Position numbers and translations under genes: made by a program. The notes beneath the pieces are model-generated. The model saw only the letters and a program-made list of their open reading frames with translations. It searched no databases and had not been told where the DNA came from. Below are positions 9,479 to 19,523 of a DNA stretch of 64,000 nt, one piece after another (within the stretch, counting starts at the first letter, position 1; each line of letters starts with the position of its first letter). The DNA comes from an uncultured archaeon. GTDB taxonomy: Archaea > Thermoproteota > EX4484-205 > JAAOZP01. The stretch covers positions 8,077 through 72,076 of the forward strand of contig CALIBN010000029.1 of the NCBI GenBank assembly GCA_938045545.1, written 5' to 3'.

Positions 9479-10527
9479 GGCGTCTCACCCCTAAGCCTGG
9501 CGACAACCCTGGTTATATCTATGCCTGCGGGACACTGCTCTATGCACCTTCCACACCCCACGCAGCCCAGCGAGCCATACTGGTTCAGCCAATAGTTCAT
9601 CTTATGGTTTACGAACTGCCTGATCCTGGCCGACAAATCCCTCCTGAAGTTTCCTCCCAAAGCCACTTCAGCATACTCCCATAATAAGCATCCGTCCCAG
9701 GTCCTTTTCCTCAACACGCCACCCGTATCCAGCTCAGGCTCGTCCACCACGTTGAAGCAGAAGCAGGTTGGACAGACCATGTTGCATGCGCCGCAGCCGG
9801 TGCATTTTTCTGCGAGCTCGTTCCAAACGGGATTGTATAGTGCTCCGGTCATTAACCTCTGGAGTCCCGCAGTGTTCACATGCCTCCTTATAGAGTTTCT
9901 AGCCTCTCTTATAACATCGTTCTTCTCGAGGATGTCGACGCTCGTAGCCTGAGGCATGTAAAAGTCGCCTACTAGCTCCGCCCCTCTCTTGGAGCCTACT
10001 TCCAGCAGAAACCTGTCTCCCAAGTCCGTCAGGAGAAGGTCGAACCCCTCTTCGAGCGAAGGCCCTGTTCCCAAGGATGTGCAGAAGCAGTATTCGTCGG
10101 AGTTCTTACAGTTTAAAGCTATTACGAGAAGGTTTTTCCTCCTTGCTTCAAAATAAGGGTCCTTAGGGCGATCCATGTATACTCTTTCCAGTAGATTCAT
10201 TGCGTTCACGTCGCAGGGATGTACACCCAGTATCGCCGTCCTACTGTTCGGATCTGGAAGCGTCTCCTCGATCCTCCCGTCTTTAATCCTGAATAGGGTT
10301 TCTCGCGGAGGTATGAGAAGGGTTTTCAGAGGGGGCATCGTGGTTCTAACGTAGTTCAACGATATTTCTTCAACCTGGTTTTCGCCTATTCTCCTGAAGA
10401 CGTGTCGGTATTCTCCCTTAACAGGCGCGAAAAGGGCGTATCCTTTAGAGATTACGTGTCTGGAGAAATGGGGAATCTCTTCCCTCCTGATTACGAAGGA
10501 CATTTTCGCCACAAGCCTGTGCACCAC
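9475..10527 (-). CDS. hydB: Group 3b hydrogenase beta subunit (4Fe-4S)
   Basis: GVHPCD, CFCTS, CTGCGACNMVCPTCFC, CVGCGRCIEQCP. Confidence 0.9.
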   Translation of the reverse strand: MVHRLVAKMSFVIRREEIPHFSRHVISKGYALFAPVKGEYRHVFRRIGENQVEEISLNYVRTTMPPLKTLLIPPRETLFRIKDGRIEETLPDPNSRTAILGVHPCDVNAMNLLERVYMDRPKDPYFEARRKNLLVIALNCKNSDEYCFCTSLGTGPSLEEGFDLLLTDLGDRFLLEVGSKRGAELVGDFYMPQATSVDILEKNDVIREARNSIRRHVNTAGLQRLMTGALYNPVWNELAEKCTGCGACNMVCPTCFCFNVVDEPELDTGGVLRKRTWDGCLLWEYAEVALGGNFRRDLSARIRQFVNHKMNYWLNQYGSLGCVGCGRCIEQCPAGIDITRVVARLRGETP

Positions 10528-10600
10528 CTTTTTTATAAATCTTTTTTACATTACTTTCATGGGAAGCATCAGGTCAGCTTAAAGGACCTGTAGAGCGGAA

Positions 10601-10654
10601 AGGCAAATTCTTAAATATCAACATGTTAGGCAAATTCTTAAATATCGGCATGTT
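10601..10654 (+). repeat. Tandem 27-bp direct repeat (2 copies) containing a BRE/TATA-like motif
   Basis: AGGCAAATTCTTAAATATCAACATGTT followed directly by AGGCAAATTCTTAAATATCGGCATGTT (25/27 identical), between the divergent hydrogenase operons. Confidence 0.9.
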
Positions 10655-10674
10655 AGCCACTCCGCAGCTGCATA

Positions 10675-11193
10675 ATGCCTGATTCAGGGGCTGCACGAAC
10701 AGGTTTGAAAAACGATAGACGCCTTCAGATGCTTGAGGCCACCATCAAGCAGCATCAATACAGTAAGGATGCCCTCTTGGAGATCCTTCACACCGCCCAA
10801 GAGCTCTACGGGTATTTGGATAGAGATCTTCTGCTTCATGTTTCAAGGCAGCTCCGCCTGCCTCCGAGCCAGGTCTACGGGGTTGCAACCTTCTACAATC
10901 TTTTCAAGCTCAAGAAGCCCGGTACACACGTAGTGACGGTTTGCATGGGGACAGCCTGCTACGTTAAAGGCGCTGAAGATATTGTTTCAGCCGTCGAGAG
11001 GGAGTTTAACGTTATACGCGGGGGGACGACGGGCGACGGAAGGCTCTCACTATTCGTGACGAGATGCATAGGCGCATGCGCAATGGCTCCCAACGCTATT
11101 GTTGACGGGGAGACTGTTGGAAAGGCGACTGTGGAAAACGTTTTGAAAAGGGTTAAGGCTGTTCTGGAGGCTGAGATGGTTGAAGCCAGATGA
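10675..11193 (+). CDS. hoxE: Bidirectional hydrogenase subunit HoxE (NuoE-like, 2Fe-2S)
   Basis: LLEILHTAQELYGYL, VYGVATFY, CMGTACYVKG, CIGACAMAP. Confidence 0.85.
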   Translation: MPDSGAARTGLKNDRRLQMLEATIKQHQYSKDALLEILHTAQELYGYLDRDLLLHVSRQLRLPPSQVYGVATFYNLFKLKKPGTHVVTVCMGTACYVKGAEDIVSAVEREFNVIRGGTTGDGRLSLFVTRCIGACAMAPNAIVDGETVGKATVENVLKRVKAVLEAEMVEAR

Positions 11194-12832
11194 GCTCCGG
11201 GGTCTCGCGCAAAAAGAGCAGGAGGCGCGTAAATCCTACAGGTTTAGGATTAACGTTTGCTGCTCAAGCGGCTGCATGCCTTTCGGCGCGCTCAGGGTTT
11301 TAACCGCCTTCAGGGATGCTGTAAGGGAATTCAAGGTTGAGGAGGAGTGTTACGTTGCGAGAACGGGCTGCATAGGGACATGCTCGCTCGCCCCCGCGGT
11401 CCTCGTCGAGCCGGGTGACTATCTCTATCAGAATGTTACTCCTGAAAGGGCCAGGGAGATAGTTAAGGAGCATATTGTCAACGGCAGGCCTGTTAAAAGC
11501 ATGCTTTACGGGAACGAGGCGTTCTTCAAGAAGCAGCTGAGAGTAGTCTTAAGAAACACGGGTAAAATAGATCCTTTAAGAATAGAGGATTATATTGCTG
11601 TCGGGGGCTATTACGCTCTTCTCAAGGCTTTAACCAGGATGACTCCTCAGGGTGTGATTGAGGAGGTTGCCTTAAGCGGGTTGAAGGGGCGCGGGGGCGC
11701 GGGCTTCCTGACAGGCTTGAAGTGGAGGTATGTTGCAAGAGCACCTGGGTCGCCGAAATACGTTATAGCTAACCTTGACGAGGGTGACCCAGGTGTTTTC
11801 GCGAACCGCACGCTGGCCGAGGCTGATCCGCACGCGATTCTGGAGGGAATGGCTATAGCTGCATACGCCGTAGGCTCTCAGAAGGGTTACATATATGTTC
11901 GCAGTGAATACCCGTTGGCTGTCCAGACTCTTAAGAAGGCTATTGAGGCGGCGAAGAGCATGGGTTTTCTGGGCGAGAATATTTTCGAGACTTCTTTCAG
12001 CTTCGACGTTGAGCTGAGGCTTGGCGCAGGAGCATTCGTGGCCGGCGAAGAGACCGCTATACTCGCCTCCATAGAGGGTCGCAGAGCCATGCCTAGGCCT
12101 AGGCCTCCCTACCCTGCGCAGTCAGGCCTCTGGGGGAAGCCTACTCTGGTAAATAATGTGGAAACCTTGGCGAACGTTCCAGTAATACTGCTAAAGGGTA
12201 GCGAATGGTTCTCAAGCATAGGCTCGAAGAACTGTACGGGGACGAAATGCTTCTCGCTAACCGGCAAGGTGAACAACCCGGGCTTGATTGAAGTCCCGAT
12301 GGGCATAACCCTGAGGGAGGTTGTGTTTGAAATAGGTGGAGGCGTGCCGCCGGGGAGGCGTTTCAAGGCTGTTCAAGTAGGCGGGCCCTCAGGAGGATTC
12401 CTTCCTGAGCAGCTTCTCGACCTCCCGATAGACTATGAGTCTCTTACTAAAGCGGGGGCAATAATGGGCTCCGGGGGGATTGTTGTGCTAGACGACACAT
12501 CATGCATGGTTGACACGGCGAAGTTCTTCACAGAGTTCTGCGTAGACGAGTCCTGCGGCAAGTGTACTCCTTGCAGAGCCGGTCTCCACAAGCTTTTCAA
12601 GATTCTCGACGGCTTCACGCGGGGGGAAGGGAGTGTTGAAGACTTGTCTAAGGTTGAGGACCTGTGTGAGTTCATCAAGGAGGCTAGTCTCTGCGGCCTA
12701 GGCCAGACGGCTCCAAACCCTACCCTGACGACGCTCAGATACTTTAGGGACGAGTATGTCGCACACGTCATGGATAAGAGGTGTCCCGCGGGCAAATGCT
12801 TCAGGAGCGGTGGAGGTGGCGGAGTTGAGTAA
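11180..12832 (+). CDS. hoxF: Bidirectional hydrogenase diaphorase subunit HoxF (NuoF-like)
   Basis: N-terminal thioredoxin-like 2Fe-2S domain, GRGGAGF, DEGDPG, GEETA, ESCGKCTPCR, SLCGLG. Confidence 0.88.
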   Translation: MKPDELRGLAQKEQEARKSYRFRINVCCSSGCMPFGALRVLTAFRDAVREFKVEEECYVARTGCIGTCSLAPAVLVEPGDYLYQNVTPERAREIVKEHIVNGRPVKSMLYGNEAFFKKQLRVVLRNTGKIDPLRIEDYIAVGGYYALLKALTRMTPQGVIEEVALSGLKGRGGAGFLTGLKWRYVARAPGSPKYVIANLDEGDPGVFANRTLAEADPHAILEGMAIAAYAVGSQKGYIYVRSEYPLAVQTLKKAIEAAKSMGFLGENIFETSFSFDVELRLGAGAFVAGEETAILASIEGRRAMPRPRPPYPAQSGLWGKPTLVNNVETLANVPVILLKGSEWFSSIGSKNCTGTKCFSLTGKVNNPGLIEVPMGITLREVVFEIGGGVPPGRRFKAVQVGGPSGGFLPEQLLDLPIDYESLTKAGAIMGSGGIVVLDDTSCMVDTAKFFTEFCVDESCGKCTPCRAGLHKLFKILDGFTRGEGSVEDLSKVEDLCEFIKEASLCGLGQTAPNPTLTTLRYFRDEYVAHVMDKRCPAGKCFRSGGGGGVE

Positions 12833-13529
12833 GCCCATAGAGCTCACTATAGACGGGAGGAAGGTGGTTGCAGAAGAAGGGGAAACTATTCTTAAGGCTG
12901 CGAAGAAGAACGGGATATACGTTCCAACGTTATGTTACCTTGAAGGAGTTTCTTCATTCGGCGGATGCAGGCTCTGCATGGTTGAGATTAAAGGTTCTCC
13001 AAGGCTTTTCGCCTCATGCATCACACCTGTGGCTGAAGGAATGGAAGTGCTTACGGATTCGGAGAGGCTCAGGCGCTACCGGAAATGGGCGGTGGAGCTT
13101 CTTTTAGCTGAGAGGCCACACGTCTGCTCGGTCTGCGTTGCCAACGGAAGCTGCGAGCTTCAGCAGCTCGCCACGGAGCTCGGGGTTGATCACCTCAGGG
13201 TGGATAGGGAGTGGACTGACTATGAGGTTGACCTTACTCACGAGAGGTTTGCGTATGACCCTAACAGGTGTATCCTCTGCACGCGTTGCATAAGGGTCTG
13301 TGACGAGGTTGAGGGCGTGCACACTTTAGACCTTATGCTCAGAGGTAAGAACTCTAAAGTTGTTTTCGACCTGGATGAAAACTGGGGTTTCTCGCAATCC
13401 TGCACTTCCTGTGGAAAGTGCTCTGCAGCATGCCCTGTCGGAGCGCTATATGTTAAGGGTAAGCCTCTTTCAGAGGTTAAGAAGAAGGATCTCGTCTCAT
13501 TCATAATGGAGAGGAGGAGTGGTAAATAG
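12825..13529 (+). CDS. hoxU: Bidirectional hydrogenase subunit HoxU
   Basis: PTLC...GGCRLC...SC, HVCSVCVANGSCELQ, CILCTRCIRVC, CTSCGKCSAACP; TTG start after GGAGGTGG. Confidence 0.88.
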   Translation: MSKPIELTIDGRKVVAEEGETILKAAKKNGIYVPTLCYLEGVSSFGGCRLCMVEIKGSPRLFASCITPVAEGMEVLTDSERLRRYRKWAVELLLAERPHVCSVCVANGSCELQQLATELGVDHLRVDREWTDYEVDLTHERFAYDPNRCILCTRCIRVCDEVEGVHTLDLMLRGKNSKVVFDLDENWGFSQSCTSCGKCSAACPVGALYVKGKPLSEVKKKDLVSFIMERRSGK

Positions 13530-14063
13530 TTGGCTAAGGTGAGGCTGGCAACAGTCTGGCTGAGCGGCTGCTCAGGGTGCCACATGTCCTTCCTGGATCA
13601 GGATGAGAAGGTTCTTGAGCTGGCTGAGAAGATTGAGCTTGTCTACAGTCCAATCGCTGACGTTAAGGATTTCCCTGAGAACGTCGACGTTACGCTTGTA
13701 GAAGGCGCTGTTGGAAACGAGGAGCAACTCGAGCTTTTAAAACGAATTAGGAGGAATACTAGGATTCTCGTAGCGCTTGGTGACTGTGCTGTAAACGGAA
13801 ACGTGACAGCCCTGAGGAACAGCCTGAGGAACAGTGATGAAGAGGTTTTGAAAAGAGCCTATGTCGAAAACGCGAGCATTAATCAGGCTGCTCCGAAACA
13901 GGTGCCCAGGCTCCTGAAGAGGGTTCTGGCTTTAAACGAGGTTGTTAATGTTGACGCCTATGTTCCAGGCTGCCCACCATCTGCGGAGTTGATAAACCAG
14001 GTTTTGAACGATCTTCTGGAGGGCAGGACTCCGGTTTTAGAAGGCAGGTTTAAGTACGGTTAG
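13530..14063 (+). CDS. hoxY: Bidirectional hydrogenase small subunit HoxY
   Basis: WLSGCSGCHMSFLD, VEGAV, GDCA, PGCPP; short subunit lacking the distal clusters. Confidence 0.88.
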   Translation: MAKVRLATVWLSGCSGCHMSFLDQDEKVLELAEKIELVYSPIADVKDFPENVDVTLVEGAVGNEEQLELLKRIRRNTRILVALGDCAVNGNVTALRNSLRNSDEEVLKRAYVENASINQAAPKQVPRLLKRVLALNEVVNVDAYVPGCPPSAELINQVLNDLLEGRTPVLEGRFKYG

Positions 14064-14072
14064 GAGGATTGG

Positions 14073-15509
14073 TTGAAAATGGTTGAGGAGATTGTTGTCA
14101 ACCCGGTCACCAGAATAGAGGGTCACGCGAAGATAACGATACATCTTAACGAAGATGGATCAGTCAGAGAGGCTAGGTTCCACGTCACGGATTTCAGAGG
14201 TTTTGAAAAATTCTGCGAAGGAAGACCATTCTACGAGATGCCGAGCATAACTTCAAGGATATGCGGCATATGCCCAGTAAGCCACCTGCTGGCTTCCGCG
14301 AAAGCATGCGACGATCTCGTCGCTGTTGAAACACCTAGAACAGCAGTGTTGCTGCGCAGACTGATGCACATGGGTCAAATAATACAGTCCCACGCTTTAA
14401 GCTTCTTCTACCTTTCCTCTCCAGACTTCCTGCTCGGTATGGATTCAGACCCGTCTAGAAGAAACATTCTCGGCCTCGCTGAAAAGCATCCTGAGATCGC
14501 TAAGCAGGGAGTCTGGCTTAGAAAATTTGGACAGAGCATTATTGAAAGCCTTGCAGGAAAAAGGATTCACTCGAGCGACTGGATTGTACCGGGCGGCGTG
14601 AAAACACCGCTCTCCAAGGAAAAGGCTGAGGCGATTCTCTCCGCGATTCCTAAGGCTGTCGAGACCGCTTTAAACGCAGTCACGCTATTCAGTAAAACTC
14701 TTGAAAGCCTCGGGGATAATGTTGGAGACTTTGGAGACTTCCCGTCTTACTATATGGGTCTCGTCACAAGGGACGGTGGGCTCGAACACTACGATGGCAG
14801 GATAAGGATAATGAGCTCAGATGGAAAGATAGTGGCGGACCAACTGGATCCTTCTAAATACTTCGAATACATCGGGGAGGCTGTTGAAGACTGGTCTTAC
14901 ATGAAGTTCCCATACTACAAGCCTGCGGGCTACCCTGGAGGTGCCTACCGGGTGGGCCCACTCGCCAGGCTTAACGTTTCTTCGCGCTGCGGCACAAGGA
15001 TTGCAGACGGCCTCCTAAAGGAGTTTAAGAAGCTTGGCGGCAACGGCGTTGTTCAAAACACCTTCATGTATCACTATGCCCGCCTGATCGAAATAGTCTA
15101 CTGCGTCGAGAAGGCTGAGGAGATCCTCCGAGACCCTGAGATTTTTGACATGAACATTCAGGCTAAAGCCTCCCTTAACAGGAGGGAAGGCACAGGGGTG
15201 ATTGAGGCCCCTAGGGGAACCTTGATCCACCACTATAGGGTTGACGAGCAGGGTAGGATAAGCTGGGTTAACCTGATAATCGCCACCGTTAACAATAATC
15301 TTGCTTTCAACAGGGCTGTTGCCCAGGTTGCTAAAAAATACGTTAATGGGCGGACCCTCAGCGAAGGGATGCTGAACAGGGTTGAGGCTGTTGTGCGCGC
15401 CCTAGATCCTTGCCTAAGCTGTGCGACCCACGCCATAGGCGAAATGCCTCTGAAGATATTGCTTTACGACTCTGAAAACAACCTCGTGGATGAGGTTGGA
15501 AGAGGCTGA
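14073..15509 (+). CDS. hoxH: Bidirectional [NiFe]-hydrogenase large subunit HoxH (group 3d-like)
   Basis: PVTRIEGH, L1 ITSRICGICPVSHLLASAKA, EAPRGTLIHHY, L2 DPCLSCATH plus C-terminal extension. Confidence 0.88.
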   Translation: MKMVEEIVVNPVTRIEGHAKITIHLNEDGSVREARFHVTDFRGFEKFCEGRPFYEMPSITSRICGICPVSHLLASAKACDDLVAVETPRTAVLLRRLMHMGQIIQSHALSFFYLSSPDFLLGMDSDPSRRNILGLAEKHPEIAKQGVWLRKFGQSIIESLAGKRIHSSDWIVPGGVKTPLSKEKAEAILSAIPKAVETALNAVTLFSKTLESLGDNVGDFGDFPSYYMGLVTRDGGLEHYDGRIRIMSSDGKIVADQLDPSKYFEYIGEAVEDWSYMKFPYYKPAGYPGGAYRVGPLARLNVSSRCGTRIADGLLKEFKKLGGNGVVQNTFMYHYARLIEIVYCVEKAEEILRDPEIFDMNIQAKASLNRREGTGVIEAPRGTLIHHYRVDEQGRISWVNLIIATVNNNLAFNRAVAQVAKKYVNGRTLSEGMLNRVEAVVRALDPCLSCATHAIGEMPLKILLYDSENNLVDEVGRG

Positions 15510-15617
15510 TAATGGCTTTTAAATATTTAATTTAAGCCTTTTTTAAACCCTTTTTAAGGCAATTTAAGGCATTTTTCTGTTCATTAAGTACTGTCCTAAA
15601 GATTTATATATTAATCT

Positions 15618-15944
15618 TTGGGATTTGTTAACGATATAGAATTGTCAATCAAAAAGGAGGATGAGGAAGCGTTCAAGCATGCGGCCAAAGTTTTCAAGGC
15701 ACTGGCCGACCCAACCCGGCTTAGAATACTCTCGATAATAGAGGGCGAGAGCATGATGATAACGGGCATCGTGGAGAAGTTCAACCTCTCCCAGCCCACA
15801 GTATCATACCACATCAGGATTCTCGAGAACGCTGGCTTGGTTAAAACCGTTAAGAAGGGCAGGGAAGTATACTGCTCCCTCGTTAAGAAGGGCGTGTTAA
15901 AGAGGGCGCTAGACTTCTCAAAGTGGGTTAAAGGCGCGGAGTAA
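15618..15944 (+). CDS. ArsR/SmtB family transcriptional regulator
   Basis: FKALADPTRLRIL, LSQPTVSYHIRILENAGLV, GREVY. Confidence 0.9.
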   Translation: MGFVNDIELSIKKEDEEAFKHAAKVFKALADPTRLRILSIIEGESMMITGIVEKFNLSQPTVSYHIRILENAGLVKTVKKGREVYCSLVKKGVLKRALDFSKWVKGAE

Positions 15945-16037
15945 AAAATACGGACGACCATTAGAAGCCGGCCGCGTTATTCCGATCCATATCTCTCAAA
16001 AATTTTATTTCCAAGCCGTAAGCAATTAGAGTGAGGA

Positions 16038-16907
16038 TTGAAGATAGAACCGATCTGCTCCGACTCGATGGGGGTTAGAAGCATGGCTACGCTCGTTGAG
16101 ACTAGAGACCTGAGGCTTATGATAGACCCTGCCGCTGCGGTCGCGCCTCGAAGATACGGGCTCCCGCCGCATCCGAGGGAGCTCAGCCTCCTCGAGGAAT
16201 TCTGGAGGAGAATAGCCTCTGCGGCAGAGGAATGCGAAGTAATTGTGGTGACGCACTACCATTATGATCATCACAGTTCAACAAGGTTTCTCGAGGAGAT
16301 CTACAGGGGAAGAATAGTCATAGTCAAGGATCCGGAGAACATGATAAACTTCAGCCAGAGGGGAAGGGCAAGAATGTTTCTCGAGAGGATCAAGCCGATT
16401 GCTGCCCAGGTTATGGTTGCAGACGGCAAGAAGCATGTTTTCAGTGAGACTAGGCTTGAGTTCTCCGACCCTGTTCCACACGGCCCAGATAGCCAGCTGG
16501 GCTACGTCGTCCAACTTAGCGTTAAGGATTCCACGGAAAGTTTTCTCTTCACGAGCGATGTGCAGGGCTTTCCGTTGGACTACCAGGTTAAGTTTGTAAT
16601 CGGGAAGAAGCCGAGCACAATTTTCATAGACGGCCCATCTACGTATATGCTTGGTCTAAACCTCACAGTGGAGGAGCTTGAAGCCAGCCTTAGAAACATC
16701 AGGGGGATAATGAGCCAGGTGCGTCCCTCAGTGATGATTCTCGACCACCACCTGCTGAGAGACTTGGAGTGGAGGAAGCATTTCGTAAGCTTGTTTGAGG
16801 AGGCTGAAAAAATGGGCGTAGCCTTAGAATCCGCCGCGGAATACGTGCACATGGAGGCCAATCAGCTTGAGGCCTTAAGGGGCTCGCTTTATGCCGCTAA
16901 GGTTTGA
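16038..16907 (+). CDS. Metallo-beta-lactamase-fold hydrolase (UPF0282-like)
   Basis: SDSMGVRSMAT, THYHYDH, PVPHG, SDVQG, LDHHLLRD. Confidence 0.85.
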   Translation: MKIEPICSDSMGVRSMATLVETRDLRLMIDPAAAVAPRRYGLPPHPRELSLLEEFWRRIASAAEECEVIVVTHYHYDHHSSTRFLEEIYRGRIVIVKDPENMINFSQRGRARMFLERIKPIAAQVMVADGKKHVFSETRLEFSDPVPHGPDSQLGYVVQLSVKDSTESFLFTSDVQGFPLDYQVKFVIGKKPSTIFIDGPSTYMLGLNLTVEELEASLRNIRGIMSQVRPSVMILDHHLLRDLEWRKHFVSLFEEAEKMGVALESAAEYVHMEANQLEALRGSLYAAKV

Positions 16908-16988
16908 AGAAAAGCAGTTTTACTACTTTACATTTTTTGATAACTATGCAGGAAGAAACCTTTATAAAATACCTGCTATGCCCTATTT

Positions 16989-19451
16989 ATGATGAGAAAA
17001 ATGATGCGGCAAGATTTAAAGAGCAAGATAACACCATGCGCAGCGTCGATCCTAATTCTCCTGATGTTGACACAAGCTGTAGGACTAATAGTCACAACTC
17101 TTTCAGCGCCAGAGGAGTATCCAATTTACAAATACGGGTGGTTTGACGAAGTAGTCTTCTTTCCGGTGGCGGATGCGGCTAAGGCTGTTGAAATGATGGA
17201 GAAGGGAGACATGGACATCTACTTCAAAGATATAGGTGACCCGACGCTCTTCAGGAGGGTACGGGATTCACCAGCATTGTCCTACGAGTTCTCATACGGC
17301 TTGTATTACGAGCTTACCTTCAACCCTGTTGGGCCAGAGACCCTAGACGGCAAGTTCAACCCGTTCTACAATCCTAAGATAAGGGAAGCCATGAACATGC
17401 TTGTAGACAGGCAGTATATAGTGGACGAGATCTCAGGGGGTCTTGCAATACCTAAGTATGTGCCGGTCTGCAATGGTTTCCCAGACTACAAGAGGCATGA
17501 GACCGTGATAAAAAGTATTGAGGCCAAATACGCGTACAATTTCGAAAAGGCGAAGGAAATAATATTCGGAGAGTTGTCTAAGGAGCCAAAGGTAGAGTAT
17601 AGCGGTGGAAAGTGGCTCTACAAGGGCGAACCGATCGTCTTGAAATTCATCATAAGGACAGAGGATAGGAGGAGGCAAATAGGAGACTATGTTTCAGGAC
17701 AATTGGAGAAGCTCGGCTTCACGGTGGATAGGCAGTATAAGACTTCGAGAGAGGCCTCTCCAATATGGATGAGGGGTAATCCTGCTGAGGGAAGATGGCA
17801 TGTGTACACTGGCGGCTGGGTGACGACAGTGGTTTCGAGGGACGATTCCGACAACTTCCAGTTCTTCTACACCAGTAAGTCTGGCATGGCATCCATCAGC
17901 CCCCTGTGGGCTTCATACAAGCCCTCCCCTGAGTTCAGCGATCTTGCAGATAAGCTTGCTGAAAAGAAGTTCACCACCATGGAGGAGAGAACAGCCTGGA
18001 TGAGTCGAGCGTTCGAACTGGCGCTTCAAGACTCTGTTAGAGTCTGGCTCGTAGACCAGACTGCAGCCTGGGTTAAGAGGAAGGAGATAACCGCCATAGC
18101 TGACTACTCTGGAGGTTACTGGGTCGGAATATGGGGATTCACATTGAACCGTGGAGGCACTCTAGGCGGATCGGTGAAAATAGGCAGCTCAGACGTGTTG
18201 ACTGGAGACGCATGGAACCCGATTTCCGGGTCCAACTGGATATACGACGGCATGGTGAGCTCAGCAACAGGCATGCCTGCTTTCTTAAGCGATCCTAAAA
18301 GCGGGCTCCCAATACCGACAGGCTTCGTTAAAAGCGTTAAGATAGAGGCGGAGAAAGGCCTCTTAACCTTCCAGAACCCTGAGAGCACTGGCTGGCTAAC
18401 CCTAACCTTCGTTGACAGTGTTGCAATACCTTCAGACGCGTGGTACGGCTGGGATGTTGAGAAAAAGAAGATCGTGACTGCTGGAGAGGCAGGCGTAACC
18501 AGCGCGAAGGTAAAGGTGGTTGCAGAGTACGAGGACATCATAGGCAAGTTCGAATACCACGACGGGACGGTTATGAGTCTAGCCGACTGGGTGTGGAGCT
18601 GGCCCCTCAACTTTGAGAGAGCCAGTAACATAAGTGCTCTCTACGACGAGGCCTATGTTGGCTCATTCCAATCCTGGAGGGAAGTTTTCAAGGCGTGGAG
18701 GATTCTGAGCGAGCACCCGTTGAGAATAGAGTGGTACACCGACTACACTAACATGGATGCTGAGCTAATAGCTAGTGCTTACGTGGGTTTAGCTGGGCCA
18801 TGGCACACCACCGCAATAGGCATTAGGGCGGAGGAGAAAGGCCTCCTAGCCTTCGGCCAAGATAAGGCTTTGAAGAATAAAGTTGAGTGGATGAACTACA
18901 TAGCTGGCCCAAGCCTTGGAATACTCTCTCAGATGCTGGACGAAGCAATAACGGAAGGCTACATACCTTTCAGGGAGCTTAACAGCCAGTATATCAGTGT
19001 GGATGAGGCTAGAGCAAGGTATAACGCCCTTAAAAAATGGTATTCTACGTACAAGCACTTCTGGGTTGGAGCCGGCCCCTACTACTTGGAGACAGCTGAC
19101 ATAACTGCTCACACAGCGGTTCTGAAACCGTTCCGAAAGCTTCTGCAGCGTGAGCTCACGATCTCTGTGGAGGGAAGTGGGACAACTGATCCTGAACCTG
19201 GTTCACACGGGTACCTTGGGCGTGAAACAGTGACAATAAGGGCTAAACCGGGCTTCCTAAGCGTCCTTGAAAAATGGGTTGTCGACGGAGTGGAGAAGGG
19301 AGCATCCGAGACGCTCACGCTTGTTACTGATAAGCCTCACAACGTTAAAGCCGTGTTCAGAGTATGGTATGAGGCGGTAATCGGAATAGTCGCGGTGATC
19401 GTGGTCATCGTCATAGTCGCGATACTATTTTTAAGGAAGAAAAGGAAATAG
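16989..19451 (+). CDS. Oligopeptide/oligosaccharide ABC transporter substrate-binding protein (family 5), C-terminal beta-repeat and TM anchor
   Basis: Signal peptide, NPKIREAMNMLVDRQYIV motif, C-terminal InlB-B-repeat-like domain, TM helix plus RKKRK. Confidence 0.88.
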   Translation: MMRKMMRQDLKSKITPCAASILILLMLTQAVGLIVTTLSAPEEYPIYKYGWFDEVVFFPVADAAKAVEMMEKGDMDIYFKDIGDPTLFRRVRDSPALSYEFSYGLYYELTFNPVGPETLDGKFNPFYNPKIREAMNMLVDRQYIVDEISGGLAIPKYVPVCNGFPDYKRHETVIKSIEAKYAYNFEKAKEIIFGELSKEPKVEYSGGKWLYKGEPIVLKFIIRTEDRRRQIGDYVSGQLEKLGFTVDRQYKTSREASPIWMRGNPAEGRWHVYTGGWVTTVVSRDDSDNFQFFYTSKSGMASISPLWASYKPSPEFSDLADKLAEKKFTTMEERTAWMSRAFELALQDSVRVWLVDQTAAWVKRKEITAIADYSGGYWVGIWGFTLNRGGTLGGSVKIGSSDVLTGDAWNPISGSNWIYDGMVSSATGMPAFLSDPKSGLPIPTGFVKSVKIEAEKGLLTFQNPESTGWLTLTFVDSVAIPSDAWYGWDVEKKKIVTAGEAGVTSAKVKVVAEYEDIIGKFEYHDGTVMSLADWVWSWPLNFERASNISALYDEAYVGSFQSWREVFKAWRILSEHPLRIEWYTDYTNMDAELIASAYVGLAGPWHTTAIGIRAEEKGLLAFGQDKALKNKVEWMNYIAGPSLGILSQMLDEAITEGYIPFRELNSQYISVDEARARYNALKKWYSTYKHFWVGAGPYYLETADITAHTAVLKPFRKLLQRELTISVEGSGTTDPEPGSHGYLGRETVTIRAKPGFLSVLEKWVVDGVEKGASETLTLVTDKPHNVKAVFRVWYEAVIGIVAVIVVIVIVAILFLRKKRK

Positions 19452-19523
19452 CTGTGCATCAGAAAAGTTTTTATCCTCTTCTTTTTTCTCCTTTGGAAAA
19501 ATGAGCAGGGTGACCCATGGTCG

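Noticed and set aside
6585-15509. Selenocysteine-containing hydrogenase
   Set aside because: All L1/L2 ligands are Cys codons and no in-frame TGA is needed
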